64,000 nt of DNA from Lama glama (taxonomy: Eukaryota), in NCBI GenBank assembly GCA_028534125.1, contig CM052816.1, positions 72,604,001-72,668,000 on the forward strand. The letters run 5' to 3'. Both the position numbers and the translations under genes were made by a program. Below the pieces are notes generated by a model that had not been told where the DNA came from, did not search any database, and worked only from the letters and a program-made list of their open reading frames with translations. This document shows positions 53,066 through 64,000 of this stretch, piece after piece. Position 1 is the first letter of the stretch. Every line of letters begins with the position of its first letter.

Positions 53066-54986
53066 CTCTTGTTGTTTTAATTTTTTACACACTTGGGCAT
53101 TGTGTCAATAATTAGAGTAATATGAATTGCTCTCTAACTCTGGCTATTGGTTATTGGTTGTCTGATGTGGTTTCTTGGTTTTGCATTATATATAATAATG
53201 TATTAAAAGTTTCTGTACACAGGCATAATCCTACAGATTAAGAGTGTTCCATGTGTTACATCACATGTCATACCCATAGGTCAGGGCATTGCTGTGTGAG
53301 GATTTTTCTGAGCAGAGTTATTTCCATGACTTATTTTTTCTGGTACTTGTAATATTTATATGTGAAATATCAATCTTTCCAGTACTTAGCTGTATAAGTC
53401 TTTGGAGAGAAAGTTCCATCTTTAAAAATATTATCATTCTAGACCCAATACATCTTTTAGTCACCATTTGTATACTTTACAGGTACATAAAATTACTTGA
53501 AATAATACTTTAAAAATGTCTTTAAAAACTTTTATTTTAGTTTGTCTGTTTCCCCAAATCATTTTGGAAAAATAACTTCAGTGTCTTAAATAAAATAACT
53601 ATTGTATTTCAACCCATGTTACAAGTCAGCAACATAGGAGAATCATTTATAATCAGAACTGTGGAAGAAAGGAATGAGATCAGTACATCATAGTCATCCT
53701 CAGTCATTTATGTTATCAGAAGAGAGCCAGGACTCGGATATAAAGAACATAATAGATGACCCCCAGCCACTTATATTTGGCTTTAAAATGAGTTGAGAAT
53801 CTTAAGAAACATTTACTTTTTAAATATTATCCTTAGACAAATATTAATATGGTTTTATTCCTGAAGTATATAACAAGTTATACCAAGGGGCTTTGGCTGA
53901 GAATTGTGTCACAGGCTAGAATGAGACAATGAGAATGCTTTCTATTGACTCTTCTCTATTCTAGAGTCTTGCCATTAAATGCTGCATTTTGTACCAATAG
54001 TAGCATGTCTATGTCTATGAAGTTGCCGTGTCTTTGCAAAAAAAAAACCTTTCTTTAGTTAAGGCACAAAACATATCCCAGTATTGTTTCCGGCTTTGGT
54101 TTATATTTGGAAGAAGATATCAAGTATCTAGAGTAAGTCATATGACCATGAACATAAAAGGTGCTTAAATTCCACTTGTCTTTATTTTTCCAAAAGATCA
54201 CAACCTACCATATTAAGACACCTAGAATTTTCAAAAAGTGCTTAAATTGCAAGGATTTTTGTTAACCAATTAATGTAAATGTGCTTCTCTTTTTAAGTGC
54301 ATGTGTTTATGTTTATATTATATTTATATTGTCTTGCTTAGGATGAAGGCAGCAAAAATGTGATTATAAGAAGTGATGTCTTTAAGCTCAGAAACATATA
54401 AATTAACATACAGGGAGATTAGCTTTGGAAAATTATAATCAAATTAACTAAGTTGACTTGAGGTTTTAGTTTTTTTCTCTGTGGTTTTGAAGCATATTCT
54501 ACTCTCCACCTGTGAGTGTACAGTTTCCAACTAAAATAGCCAATGATGAATTTCCAAATTTGGATCGGCTACTAAACTCATTTACACATTTCTGATGGAA
54601 AGATTATACTTGGTAATTAGGTTCCAACAACAATCAACAAAACTTCACTTAATTTAAAATGCATAAGACAAATATGAAAATGCCACAGAAAATAAATAGT
54701 ATACTTTTAAAAAATATACTTAAGAAATATATATTTACAAAATTCCATATATGTTATTCAGAGCACAGGAAGTTTAATGTCCATGTGTCGAGCTACTGTT
54801 AGATATCTGTAGATATGTTATTTAAGAAGATGAGAAGACCAAGGTGTGAAGTCTGGCTAACAATTCCTGGCCATGTGAAATTATAGAAGTTACTTAAAAT
54901 CACCAGAGTTCCCTCACCCATAACCATCATAATATCTTTATAAGGAATAAAGTGAGATAATGTATTTATTTGAAAACTGTACAGAC

Positions 54987-55392
54987 AAGCAGAAGCTAAG
55001 AGTTCAGTACCACCAAACCACTTTTACCAGGAACGTTAAAGGGACTTCTCTAAGCAGAAAAGAAAAGGCCACAATTGGAAATATGAAAATTACAAAAGGA
55101 AACATCTCATTTGTAAAGCCAAAGTTACTGTAAATGTAGTAAATCAACAATGTGTAAAGCTAATAGGAAGGTTAAAAGACAAAAGTTACAGCCTAACACC
55201 TCAGAAATACAGAGGATCAGAAAAGATTGCTATGAACAAATATACACCAGTAAAATGGACAATGTAGAAGAAGTGGATGAATTCCCAGAAATTTACAATC
55301 TCTGAAGACTGAACCAGGAAGAAATAGAAAATATGAACAGACCAGTTTCCAGTAATGAAATTGAATCAGTAATAAAGCAACACCCAACAAAT
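54987..55392 (+). mobile_element. L1 internal fragment: ORF1 end/inter-ORF fused to mid-ORF2
   Basis: caccaaaccacttttaccaggaacgttaaagggacttctctaa (ORF1 end) joined at about 55187 to cagaaatacagaggatc...gactgaaccaggaagaaatagaaaatatgaacagacca (ORF2). Confidence 0.8.
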
Positions 55393-55489
55393 TAAAATTG
55401 TGAAACTGGGATGTTAATTGTAGTTATATATGATGCACATGAATGTTTGTGTTTATCTACATTAAAAGAACATTATCTCATCCTGTTTA

Positions 55490-56220
55490 TTTCTTTTATC
55501 TCCCGTTTATACTGAGATGCAATTGACATACAGCTCTGTATAAGTTATGTTATACCACATAATGACGTGCCATACCAGTATTGTGAAATGATTGCCACAA
55601 CAAATTTAGTTAACGTTCATCTCCTCATATAGTTAATTCCCCCCAATTTTTTTTCCTTATGTTGAGAACTTTTAGGAGTTACTCCCTTAGCAACTTTCAA
55701 ATATACCATACTGCAATGTTAATTAGAGTAATCTTACTCATTATATCCTCATACTTATTTATCTTATAACTGAAAGTTTGTACCTTTTGATCACCTTAAT
55801 CCAGTTTCTCCACCTTCTAGCCCTTGTCCTACTACAGGTAACCACTGATCTGATCACTTTGTATGTTTTTTTAATTCCATCTATATGAGATCATATATTG
55901 TTTGTCTTTCTCTGTCTGAGCATTATATGAGCATAATGCTCTCAAAAATTTACTCATTTTATCACGAATGGTAGGATTTCCTTCTTTTTTAATGGCTAAA
56001 TAGTATACACCAACACATACACATACTTAGGTTGTTTCCTTGTCTTGGCTATTGTAAATATTGCTGCAATGAACGTTGGGGTGCAGATATCACTTTGACA
56101 CAGTAAATTTGTTTCTTTTTGATACATACTCAGAAATGGAATTACTGGATGCTATGGCATTTCTTTTTTCAATTTTTTGAGGAACTTCCATACTGTTTTC
56201 CATAGCAGCCATACCATTTT
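55490..56220 (-). mobile_element. L1MA9-like 3' UTR and ORF2 end
   Basis: attgtgaaatgattgccacaacaaatttagttaac...cttagcaactttcaaatatac...tttttgaggaacttccatactgttttccatagc. Confidence 0.85.
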
Positions 56221-58446
56221 GCTTTTAGTACACAAATCCCAAATGTTGTAAATCATTCTAGGTTAAAGATTCTTTTGCATCTAAAGGGTTAACTTACATT
56301 AAAAAAATAATTTTGATTTTGTTTTAGAATAGCGTTGATAATTACTGCTTCCAACAAAGATCATGAATATTTTCTGTGTAAGTTACTATGAATAAAAGGA
56401 CCAACAGAGACAATGTAAATACCTTGGTATTAATTAAATTTTACACATTCTCTGCAAAGATAATTATTAAGGATGGAATGAGGTAATTTGGAATATGTAA
56501 TATGAGATTGAAATAACACAGAAAATTGAAAATCCAAAAACATATGGGAACAACTGAAATTCTAGCACAAGAATGATTATATGTATGAAATTTTACTGCT
56601 TTGGGTTTCTTGTCTGTTTTTGTCTCATTTAGTATTAATAGGGCCTCTGTTTAAGGAAGTAGCCAAAGAGGAAAAATCAGAAGAGAAAGAGGACTTATCT
56701 AATCAGTCCCTAAATAATTCAGAGATGATTAGATTTGAAAGACAATTTATCAATAGCAAGAAACCCTTAGGTAACCTTAAACCTCTGACCATTGTCGACC
56801 GAGAGAAGCAATCTGGTTCAGGTTTCCTCTTTTTCTTCTTTATCCGCTCTGGCAGCTCTTGTGGATGAACATCATGGCACACCCCCAGCATGAAAAATAC
56901 AAGAGAACCCTAGTTTGTTTGAAGACATATGTGTTACAGATAGATCCCCTTTTTTTTCAGGAATGTTTTTCACTGATTTTATTAAAATGATAGATTTATA
57001 TTTTCCTAGGAAACTGGGGTAGGATGGATGATCAGATTGTTACATGTAACATGAATAAATAAATGACGGAAATGCCTCATCTTATAGGGTGAAATTAAAA
57101 TAAAGAGTTTCTTTCGATCTCCAAAGTAAGATACTGAGAGAGGGACATTTGGAAATGGCTGTTTGGGTTAATAGAGGAGTCCTAATTATCAGTGAAAAAC
57201 AGAAGCCCGTTGCTACTGTCTTAGCTATAAGGAAAAAACTGGATCTGGGGTGCCATTAGTATGTTTTCCTTTACCTGCTCCAGTTGACAAGAATAAAACT
57301 GAGTCTAAACAGCTAAATTTTAAAAATGCATTAATCATTTTATCCTATTTTTATCACAATAATCATTTATTCCCACACTTGAATTTGGTTGGCTCATAAG
57401 ACTGTAGATTATCTACAATACCCTGGATCATACTTGAGAATATTTCTATAAGAGTGCAAAACATACTAATTTGCTGGTGACTACTGAGTATAGTAAAAGT
57501 GGTTGTTTTTAATTTTACTGAAGAATTTTAAATTGAAATTAGATTACACCAAATAGTGGATTTCTCTATCCAGTATTATTTGTCTTTTTAAATAATTAAC
57601 TACTTGAAAATAGCCATCGGGTATATTGCCAATTGAAAATAGCCTAAAATAAAAATACACATCCATCAGCATTTTATTTCTCTTTTGTTTTTCTGGAACA
57701 TGCCCAGGGCATAAAGCTAAGTACCCTTTTGTCTTCTAAGGTCATTTTCATTTAGCCTTTTGAAAACAGAATGGGGCAAAGGTGATAATGATCAAGAGAA
57801 ATGTTATTATATTTGTCACTGACTTTGGGTTGGAAACATGCACTCTGCATTCAGGGTTCATCAATTGGAAGATTGAGTTCATTCATACGAACCAAAAGAA
57901 ATATAAGAAAAAGCGAAATAACATGATCTGATACAAATCAATAGACTGTAAATTATACACACTTAGGTCTCTGGGAACAAATATTTATTTGGATTACATC
58001 ATAATATTTGGGATTATATAAAATGTAGTTATTTTTCAAAATGAGAATAAATGATTTAAATTTTAATAAATATGTGTTGATTCTAAGTATGACTGTTTTG
58101 TCCTTTATGCACTGGAAATGGAAATTATTATAATACACACAGCCTGCCTTCAAGAAGCTTACAGCCTACTGAGTCAGGAAATTAGAATAATATCTTTTAC
58201 AGGTTAAAGGTATATTACTGGTACAGATAACAGTTGTCATTAAAGATTGGAAGTCACTGACAATCAAACATGATTTCCTGGAGGAGTTAGGGCTTGATGT
58301 AGTACTTGAAAATAAAAACATTATTTAAGTAAGAAGGAGGAGACTGAGAAAAATTAGTCAGGACACCAGAAATAATATAGTGACATTTAATTATCAAAAG
58401 ACTAGTCAGTGTACTTGTGAAGTGACGGTGTTTGTTACTTTCATGT

Positions 58447-58614
58447 CAGAGTTTTTTAATCTGGAAACAGACTTCAGGTATAAACTCTGAAAAATGTGTT
58501 CCCAATAATTTCTATGTATGGGCAACAGAAATATTTATAGGAAGTACTTCAGGTCCATAATTTTTGCCAGCTCCATAAAGGTGTCTAACTCCCTTTAAAG
58601 GTTGAAGACCTCTG
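58447..58614. mobile_element. hAT-Charlie-type MITE (MER103/MER5-like)
   Basis: Imperfect terminal inverted repeats cagagttttttaa...ttgaagacctctg. The flanks tttcatgt / ttctgtgt are compatible with a decayed 8-bp TSD. Confidence 0.55.
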
Positions 58615-59449
58615 TTCTGTGTTCAGAGCTTTCTTCCATAGACAAGGACTTTTTCATAATCATTAATCTGCTTAAACTTGACTACGTTATTGCATATTTT
58701 ATGCTAAAATAGTAAAGTTTTGACAAAGATGGTCTCCCTAGTCCACCAAATAACAAATTGAATTGTTAAAAGGAAGAATCTTATTTGAATATCACCGGTA
58801 TGGCATAAAATACTGAAATAATACAATATATAAATTCTAAGATTATTTATGGTTCTTGTTTTTTATTAAAATAAGTAAGTTTGAAAAGGCAAATTAATCA
58901 AAATTTGTTATCAGGAATTTAATGGGTAGTACTTAAATTTCAGTGGCAAAACTAAGGTAACATAGTTCAAAATGCTCATTGTATTTTTTGATCATCTTTC
59001 ACAAGTTATATTTTATTATCATTTAACAAGTCCAAAATGAAACCAGTTTTTTGAAGAAAAATACTTCTCTTTTAATTTGTTCTAGATAAAAATAGCCTTA
59101 AATAATGTTCCAGTTATACTTAATTTTACAGTAATTGTTTTATGGACACATACCTTTTATCTATACAGAAGTAATTTAGTTATTATAAAACAAAGTAGGT
59201 GTGCAATTTACAGAGTATTTTAAGATCCCTATTCATCTACTATTCTCTTTATTCTCCATTAAGTTGTTAAACTAATTATGGTATACAAAAGTATAAGTTA
59301 ATATCTTAATTAGTGAAAATTATATCATTAAATCTAATAACATGAAAGCCTTAAGAAAAATGTTTTATCATAAGAAGTTTGGAGTTAGAACATACATTGG
59401 TTGATACATAGATATATGTGCGTGTATCACTGTATCTTCTTAAAACAGA

Positions 59450-60470
59450 GTTGAATAAAATTGAAATTGGTGTCCTTACAATATTAAATCTTTTATTTTT
59501 TATTAAAGTTATTTTATATTAAAGTTGATTTAATTAGATGTCTCTTCCTTGAATGTTTAATATAAATCCCCTTTAGCCTTCTGACTGAGATTTTTTTCTT
59601 GGAAATAATTTTTAGTAATGATTCAGTTTTCAAGTTGTTATTCAAATTTTCTGTTTCTACTTGGAATTACTTTTGGTCATTTGCATTGTTTTCTAAAATA
59701 TGACTTGACTTAAGTTTTTAAACATGAGAGCATGTAGGTACTCATAAGTTATTTTATATAATCATTTTAATATGTTCTTCATCATATTATTTTTTCTTCC
59801 TGCTTTTTTTAGTTTTATTCTTCTGTTTATTTTCTGACATCTTAGCTTAGGTGCTTAGTTCATTAATTTTGTATATTCTTTTCCCTAATATATGCATTAA
59901 AGCATGCACACATGCAAACACACACAAACTTCTAAGTACCACTTTAGTACACCTGAGAAGTTTCATATGTAGACAATTTTCATTTATTGTTCATTCTACG
60001 TGTTATCTGGAGATATATATTATCTTCACTTTTTAGATTATTCATAGATTCATTCTAACAACGTGTTATTTCTCTTTTCGCAAATGTTTTATTTCAATTT
60101 TTTAAGAAAATTTACTGCCTCTTTCTAGTTGAGTTCTTTTTTCCCCTCATATCTTCCCCTTCCACCACTATATAGCTAATCACTTAATTGTTTTATCCTG
60201 TTTTATTCTAAACCCAGGCCTAGACAGATGGTCTCATCTTGTGAGATGGGTTTTATTCTGATTTATCTACTGGGAATGTGGCTCTTGTCCTGTGTTTTGA
60301 GATATTAGGGGATCCCTGATTCAACTTTGACCTGCTGAGGACCCCTGGACTTCCTCTCACCCCACTCACCTTTTCACTAAGTATGTACAGTCCCTTCAGA
60401 CATACTCTACACTAGCAGAGTTTGGCTTCTTTCCTCAGGATGAATTCCAGAGCCTAAGTTTACATCGTGG
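59450..60470 (-). mobile_element. Very old L1ME-type relic
   Basis: T-rich antisense ORF2-like text, e.g. cttagcttaggtgcttagttcattaatttt and cttctaagtaccactttag. Confidence 0.5.
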
Positions 60471-60497
60471 AATCATATTTTCTTATTGTTCCTATCT

Positions 60498-60549
60498 TAT
60501 AGTTACTTTTTTACATCAGAATATAGTTACTTTTTTACATCAGAATATA
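60498..60549. repeat. Perfect 24-bp tandem duplication
   Basis: tatagttacttttttacatcagaa x2. Confidence 0.95.
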
Positions 60550-61300
60550 ATTTATAATATGTAAGTTAGATTATATTCTTATACAGTAACATAGCATGCT
60601 CTTTTCATTTTCAGTTGTTCTTGATAAGCCTTAAAATATAAAAAATTTGCGGTGTTAATGTTCTCTTTTTATTTTGATGAAAATATAACAGAAAGTATAG
60701 TAAAGCAAAACCAAGATTTGTATAGTTGCTGGGGCAGGCTAACTCCCTTTATTTATTTGCTCAATCCAACTGCAAAATAGTGTTGTTTGATAAATTGTAA
60801 TTAAAGTAAATTACTGTTTAGATGCAGACTTTGGGTAATTTGCTGAATATAAAGCTATATAAAGCTATATCCCTCTTTGCCCATATTTGTGAATTAGGTA
60901 TGGAATTCATTGCTGTTTTGATGTGTGTCTTTGGTTTCATTGTTATTGCTTTTACAATTGTTCTGTAAATATCTCATCTGAGAAGATTAGCCACTTACAT
61001 TTACTTTCCAGTTCTTAATGTTAAAGCATTCATTTGCTTAAGTGTATCATTTTTAAAATTTTTGATATATTTAGCTTCTGTGAACACATGACATGCAATT
61101 TATTTCCCTTCATTATTAAGCCATTTTGAAGGGCCATTTATCAGACCACGGAACAGTAGCTAACAGATGTTCTGTCACCTATGTGTCTGGCTCCCTAATT
61201 TCTTACAAGGCCGCTGTTTATTGATAGGACCTCTTTAGTGTGTCAAAAGCACAGATTTTTTAAGAATGTTCCTAACTTGAAAGTTGAATAATGACATTAC

Positions 61301-61580
61301 TAGCAGAATGGTTAAGAATGTGTGACTGCCAACCAGACTGCATGTGTTGGAATCTTGGCTCTGCTACCAGCTGGCTGTACCACCTAAGGTACGGGCAACT
61401 TGCTTATATCCTCTGGGTAGTGGCATCTACAAAATGGGAGCAAGAGTAAGACCTTCCTCTTCTGTTGTAATGAAGAAGAAGGAAAGAAGGAAGAAAGGAA
61501 GGAAGGAAGGGAGAAAAGGAGGGAGAAAGTTGATTAAACCACTTACAAAAGTATTGGCTGTTGGATTGTATATAACATCC
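61301..61580 (+). mobile_element. MIR SINE containing a (GGAA)-rich microsatellite at about 61472-61528
   Basis: agaatggttaagaatgtg...gaatcttggctctgctacc...catctacaaaatggga, with gaaggaaagaaggaagaaaggaaggaaggaagg inside. Confidence 0.75.
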
Positions 61581-61677
61581 TACTTATTTTTCCTTTGCTT
61601 CTGTGTATAAATCATATATTATATATATGATTTGGAATAAAAGCAAAAAAACCCCATGTATTATATAAAACTAATAA

Positions 61678-62235
61678 GGGCTTTTTCAAAGTGGTTGTAC
61701 CTTTTATGTGCCTGTCAGCAATGTATGACAGTTTTGGTTGAATCACATCCTTGCCAACATTTTGCATTTTCAGTGTTTTAAAATTTTAACCATTCTAGTA
61801 GGTGTATAGAGGTTATTGCTAACTATTTTAATCATCACTTCACATTCTAGCCATTATTTTTCGTCCGTTTGTTTTGTTTCTTAAAGAAATTAAATGAGGA
61901 GATCAGAAAAAATTCCCAGTGTTCTGGATTTGGCTGATTACTTCTTCATGGTGTGATTTAACTTGTTTGCATGTCCTCTTCATTTCTTATAAACATTTCT
62001 GGGGCTTTTTTTGTGTGTATGTATATCTGTGTTTTTAACTGATATAATCTTACTTCTGCATGAAAGATTTATTGGTACGTTTCTTATAAGGAAGAGATAT
62101 TGGTGATAAATTATTTCAGCTTTTGCATGTGTGAAAACCCTTTATTTTTTCTTTGCCTTTACAAGATATTTTAGTGGAATAAAGGACTCTAGGTTGACTG
62201 TTTTTCTTTCAGTTAAAAAAAATCACTCCACTTGA
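61678..62235 (-). mobile_element. Patchwork of old L1M fragments
   Basis: caaagtggttgtacc...cagcaatgtatgac...catccttgccaaca (ORF2 end) and ggtgataaattatttcagcttttg...ctaggttgactg (ORF1). Confidence 0.65.
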
Positions 62236-62547
62236 GTTTTGAATTCATTTCAATGCGGTTGTGAATGTTTCAGGGTTCATGGCTTATGAAGTTTTAAGTG
62301 GCTAAGTGATTCTCATTGAAAATTAAATTTTTGTATTGCATTAACTTGAAAAAAGGCAAAACATGCCTCAATTGTTTATATAATTGCTTTACTTTTTCCC
62401 TCAGTGTGTTGACTCATATCTATTCAGAAACAAAAATGAAGTGAATATTTAGTTAACTAAATTATCTTAGATACCAAAAAAGACCACACACAAAGCAATA
62501 AAAACCTAATATAATTGTAACTAACATATTTATGTCATAAAAGAAAC

Positions 62548-63176
62548 TGGAATGCTTTTATATACATATATTTTTTAAACTGAGTTTACAATGTATCAGT
62601 TTCTGGTGTACAGCATAATGCTTCAGTCATACATGAACATGCATATATTCATTTTCATATTCTTTTTCACAATAAGTTACTATAAGATATTGAATATAGG
62701 TCCCTGTGCTATATAGTATGAACTTGTTGTTTATCTACTTTATAGATATTAGTTAGTATATGCAAATCTAGAACTCCCAGTTTATCCCTTCCCATCCTCT
62801 TCTCCAGTAACCATAAGTTTATTTTCTATGTCTGTGAGTCTGTTTCTGTTCTGTAAATAAGTATGTTTGGCTTTTTTTTTTTAGATTCCATATGTAAGTG
62901 ATATCATATGGCATTTTTCTTTCTCGTTCTGGCTTACTTCACTTAGAATGACAATCTCCAGGTCCATCCATGTTACTGCAAATGGCAGTATCTTACTAAT
63001 TTTTATGGCTGAATAGTATTCCATGGTATAAATATTCCACAACTTCTTTACCCAGTCATCTGTCATTAATTCAAAAAGTTACATGCACCCTGATGTTCAT
63101 AACATCACTATGAATAGCAACAGCATCACTATTTACAATAGCCAAGACATGGAAACAACCTAAATGGAATGCTTTT
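62548..63176 (-). mobile_element. Younger 5'-truncated, 5'-inverted LINE-1 with target-site duplication
   Basis: Antisense 3' UTR plus ORF2 C-terminus (62881-63066, DDWVKKLWNIYTMEYYSAIK...WMDLEIVILSEVSQ), an inverted sense segment at 63067-63166, and TSD TGGAATGCTTTT at 62548-62559 and 63165-63176. Confidence 0.92.
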
Positions 63177-64000
63177 TAGAAAAGTACCTGCCATTCAGTT
63201 ACCTCCTCTTTTTACAATGGCAAGTTTTCTCTCTATGTATCTAGAATCAAAAGTTGCCTCTGACACAAATGTTTTTTAGACTATTAGAGTTGGCATTGCT
63301 TGGTTTTCAACTATGGGATAGTTTTCAAACTTGTTGTAATAGAAAAACTACTATAAGGAAACTAGCTAATAGGAGGGAAATAGCTCCAAAATACTTGCTT
63401 GAATCGTCCAAAAAAGAAATCTTTTACCAAAACTAAGACGCAAAGAGCACACTAAGCTTAAACGTGAGTGGACAGGGAGCCTGTTTTTACATCATCAATG
63501 TGTAAAAAGTGACAGGTGCCTGGAACATAACAGTCTTTTAATAAAGATGAGATAGTAGAGGAAAATAATCACAGGTGAGTGTGGTGTCTGGGTGGAGGCG
63601 CAACATTTGCTTTCTCATCTTATTGCAGTTGGTGGTTGAACACATGCTACTGATACGAAGTATTAGCACAAAAAGAACTGAAATCAAAGAATCATCCACT
63701 GTAACACTGAAACTTCAGTCAAGGTAGGGTTATTACATACAAAAAGCCTACCTGTGCTGAAAGACAGCCTTTCCACCTTAAGAAAAATTAGTTATGTAAG
63801 AGTATTTTTAAAACTGCATATAGTTGAGATTCTATTTCACTGGACTCATTGCTGTCCCCAGACTAAGTAATATTGGCTGAGAGAGAGACAGAGAGAGAAA
63901 TGATACTGCTCACTATGACTATGCTGTATCTGAAATCTTTTACTGGAATTATCCAGAAATGATGACATTAAATTTTTATTTTTGTATTGTCAGAATAGCT

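Noticed and set aside
56581..56868. 95-aa ATG ORF as a novel gene or retrocopy
   Set aside because: No recognisable homology, poly(A) or TSD; its length is within chance.
63572..63580. Perfect donor CAG|GTGAGT
   Set aside because: No convincing upstream acceptor or ORF; about one such match is expected by chance in a window this long.

Overview
AT-rich mammalian genomic DNA from inside the HCN1 gene (+ strand). The only coding sequence I can support is one 424-bp internal exon (25073-25496) encoding the S1-S4 voltage sensor; it matches HCN1 exon 2. Everything else is intron 1 (left) and intron 2 (right). The introns hold old L2, MIR, L1M, MaLR-LTR and hAT-MITE relics, one younger 5'-inverted L1, microsatellites, several small tandem duplications and two assembly gaps. 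The young L1 3' UTR and the lack of recognisable lineage SINEs tentatively suggest a cetartiodactyl, possibly a camelid. I see no previously undescribed biological system. The best leads are a candidate REST/NRSF (RE1) site in intron 1, an AP-1/ARE motif cluster in intron 2 partly created by a tandem duplication, a twin-primed L1, and candidate recursive splice sites. Repeat calls were made by eye from remembered consensus features, so boundaries and subfamilies are approximate.
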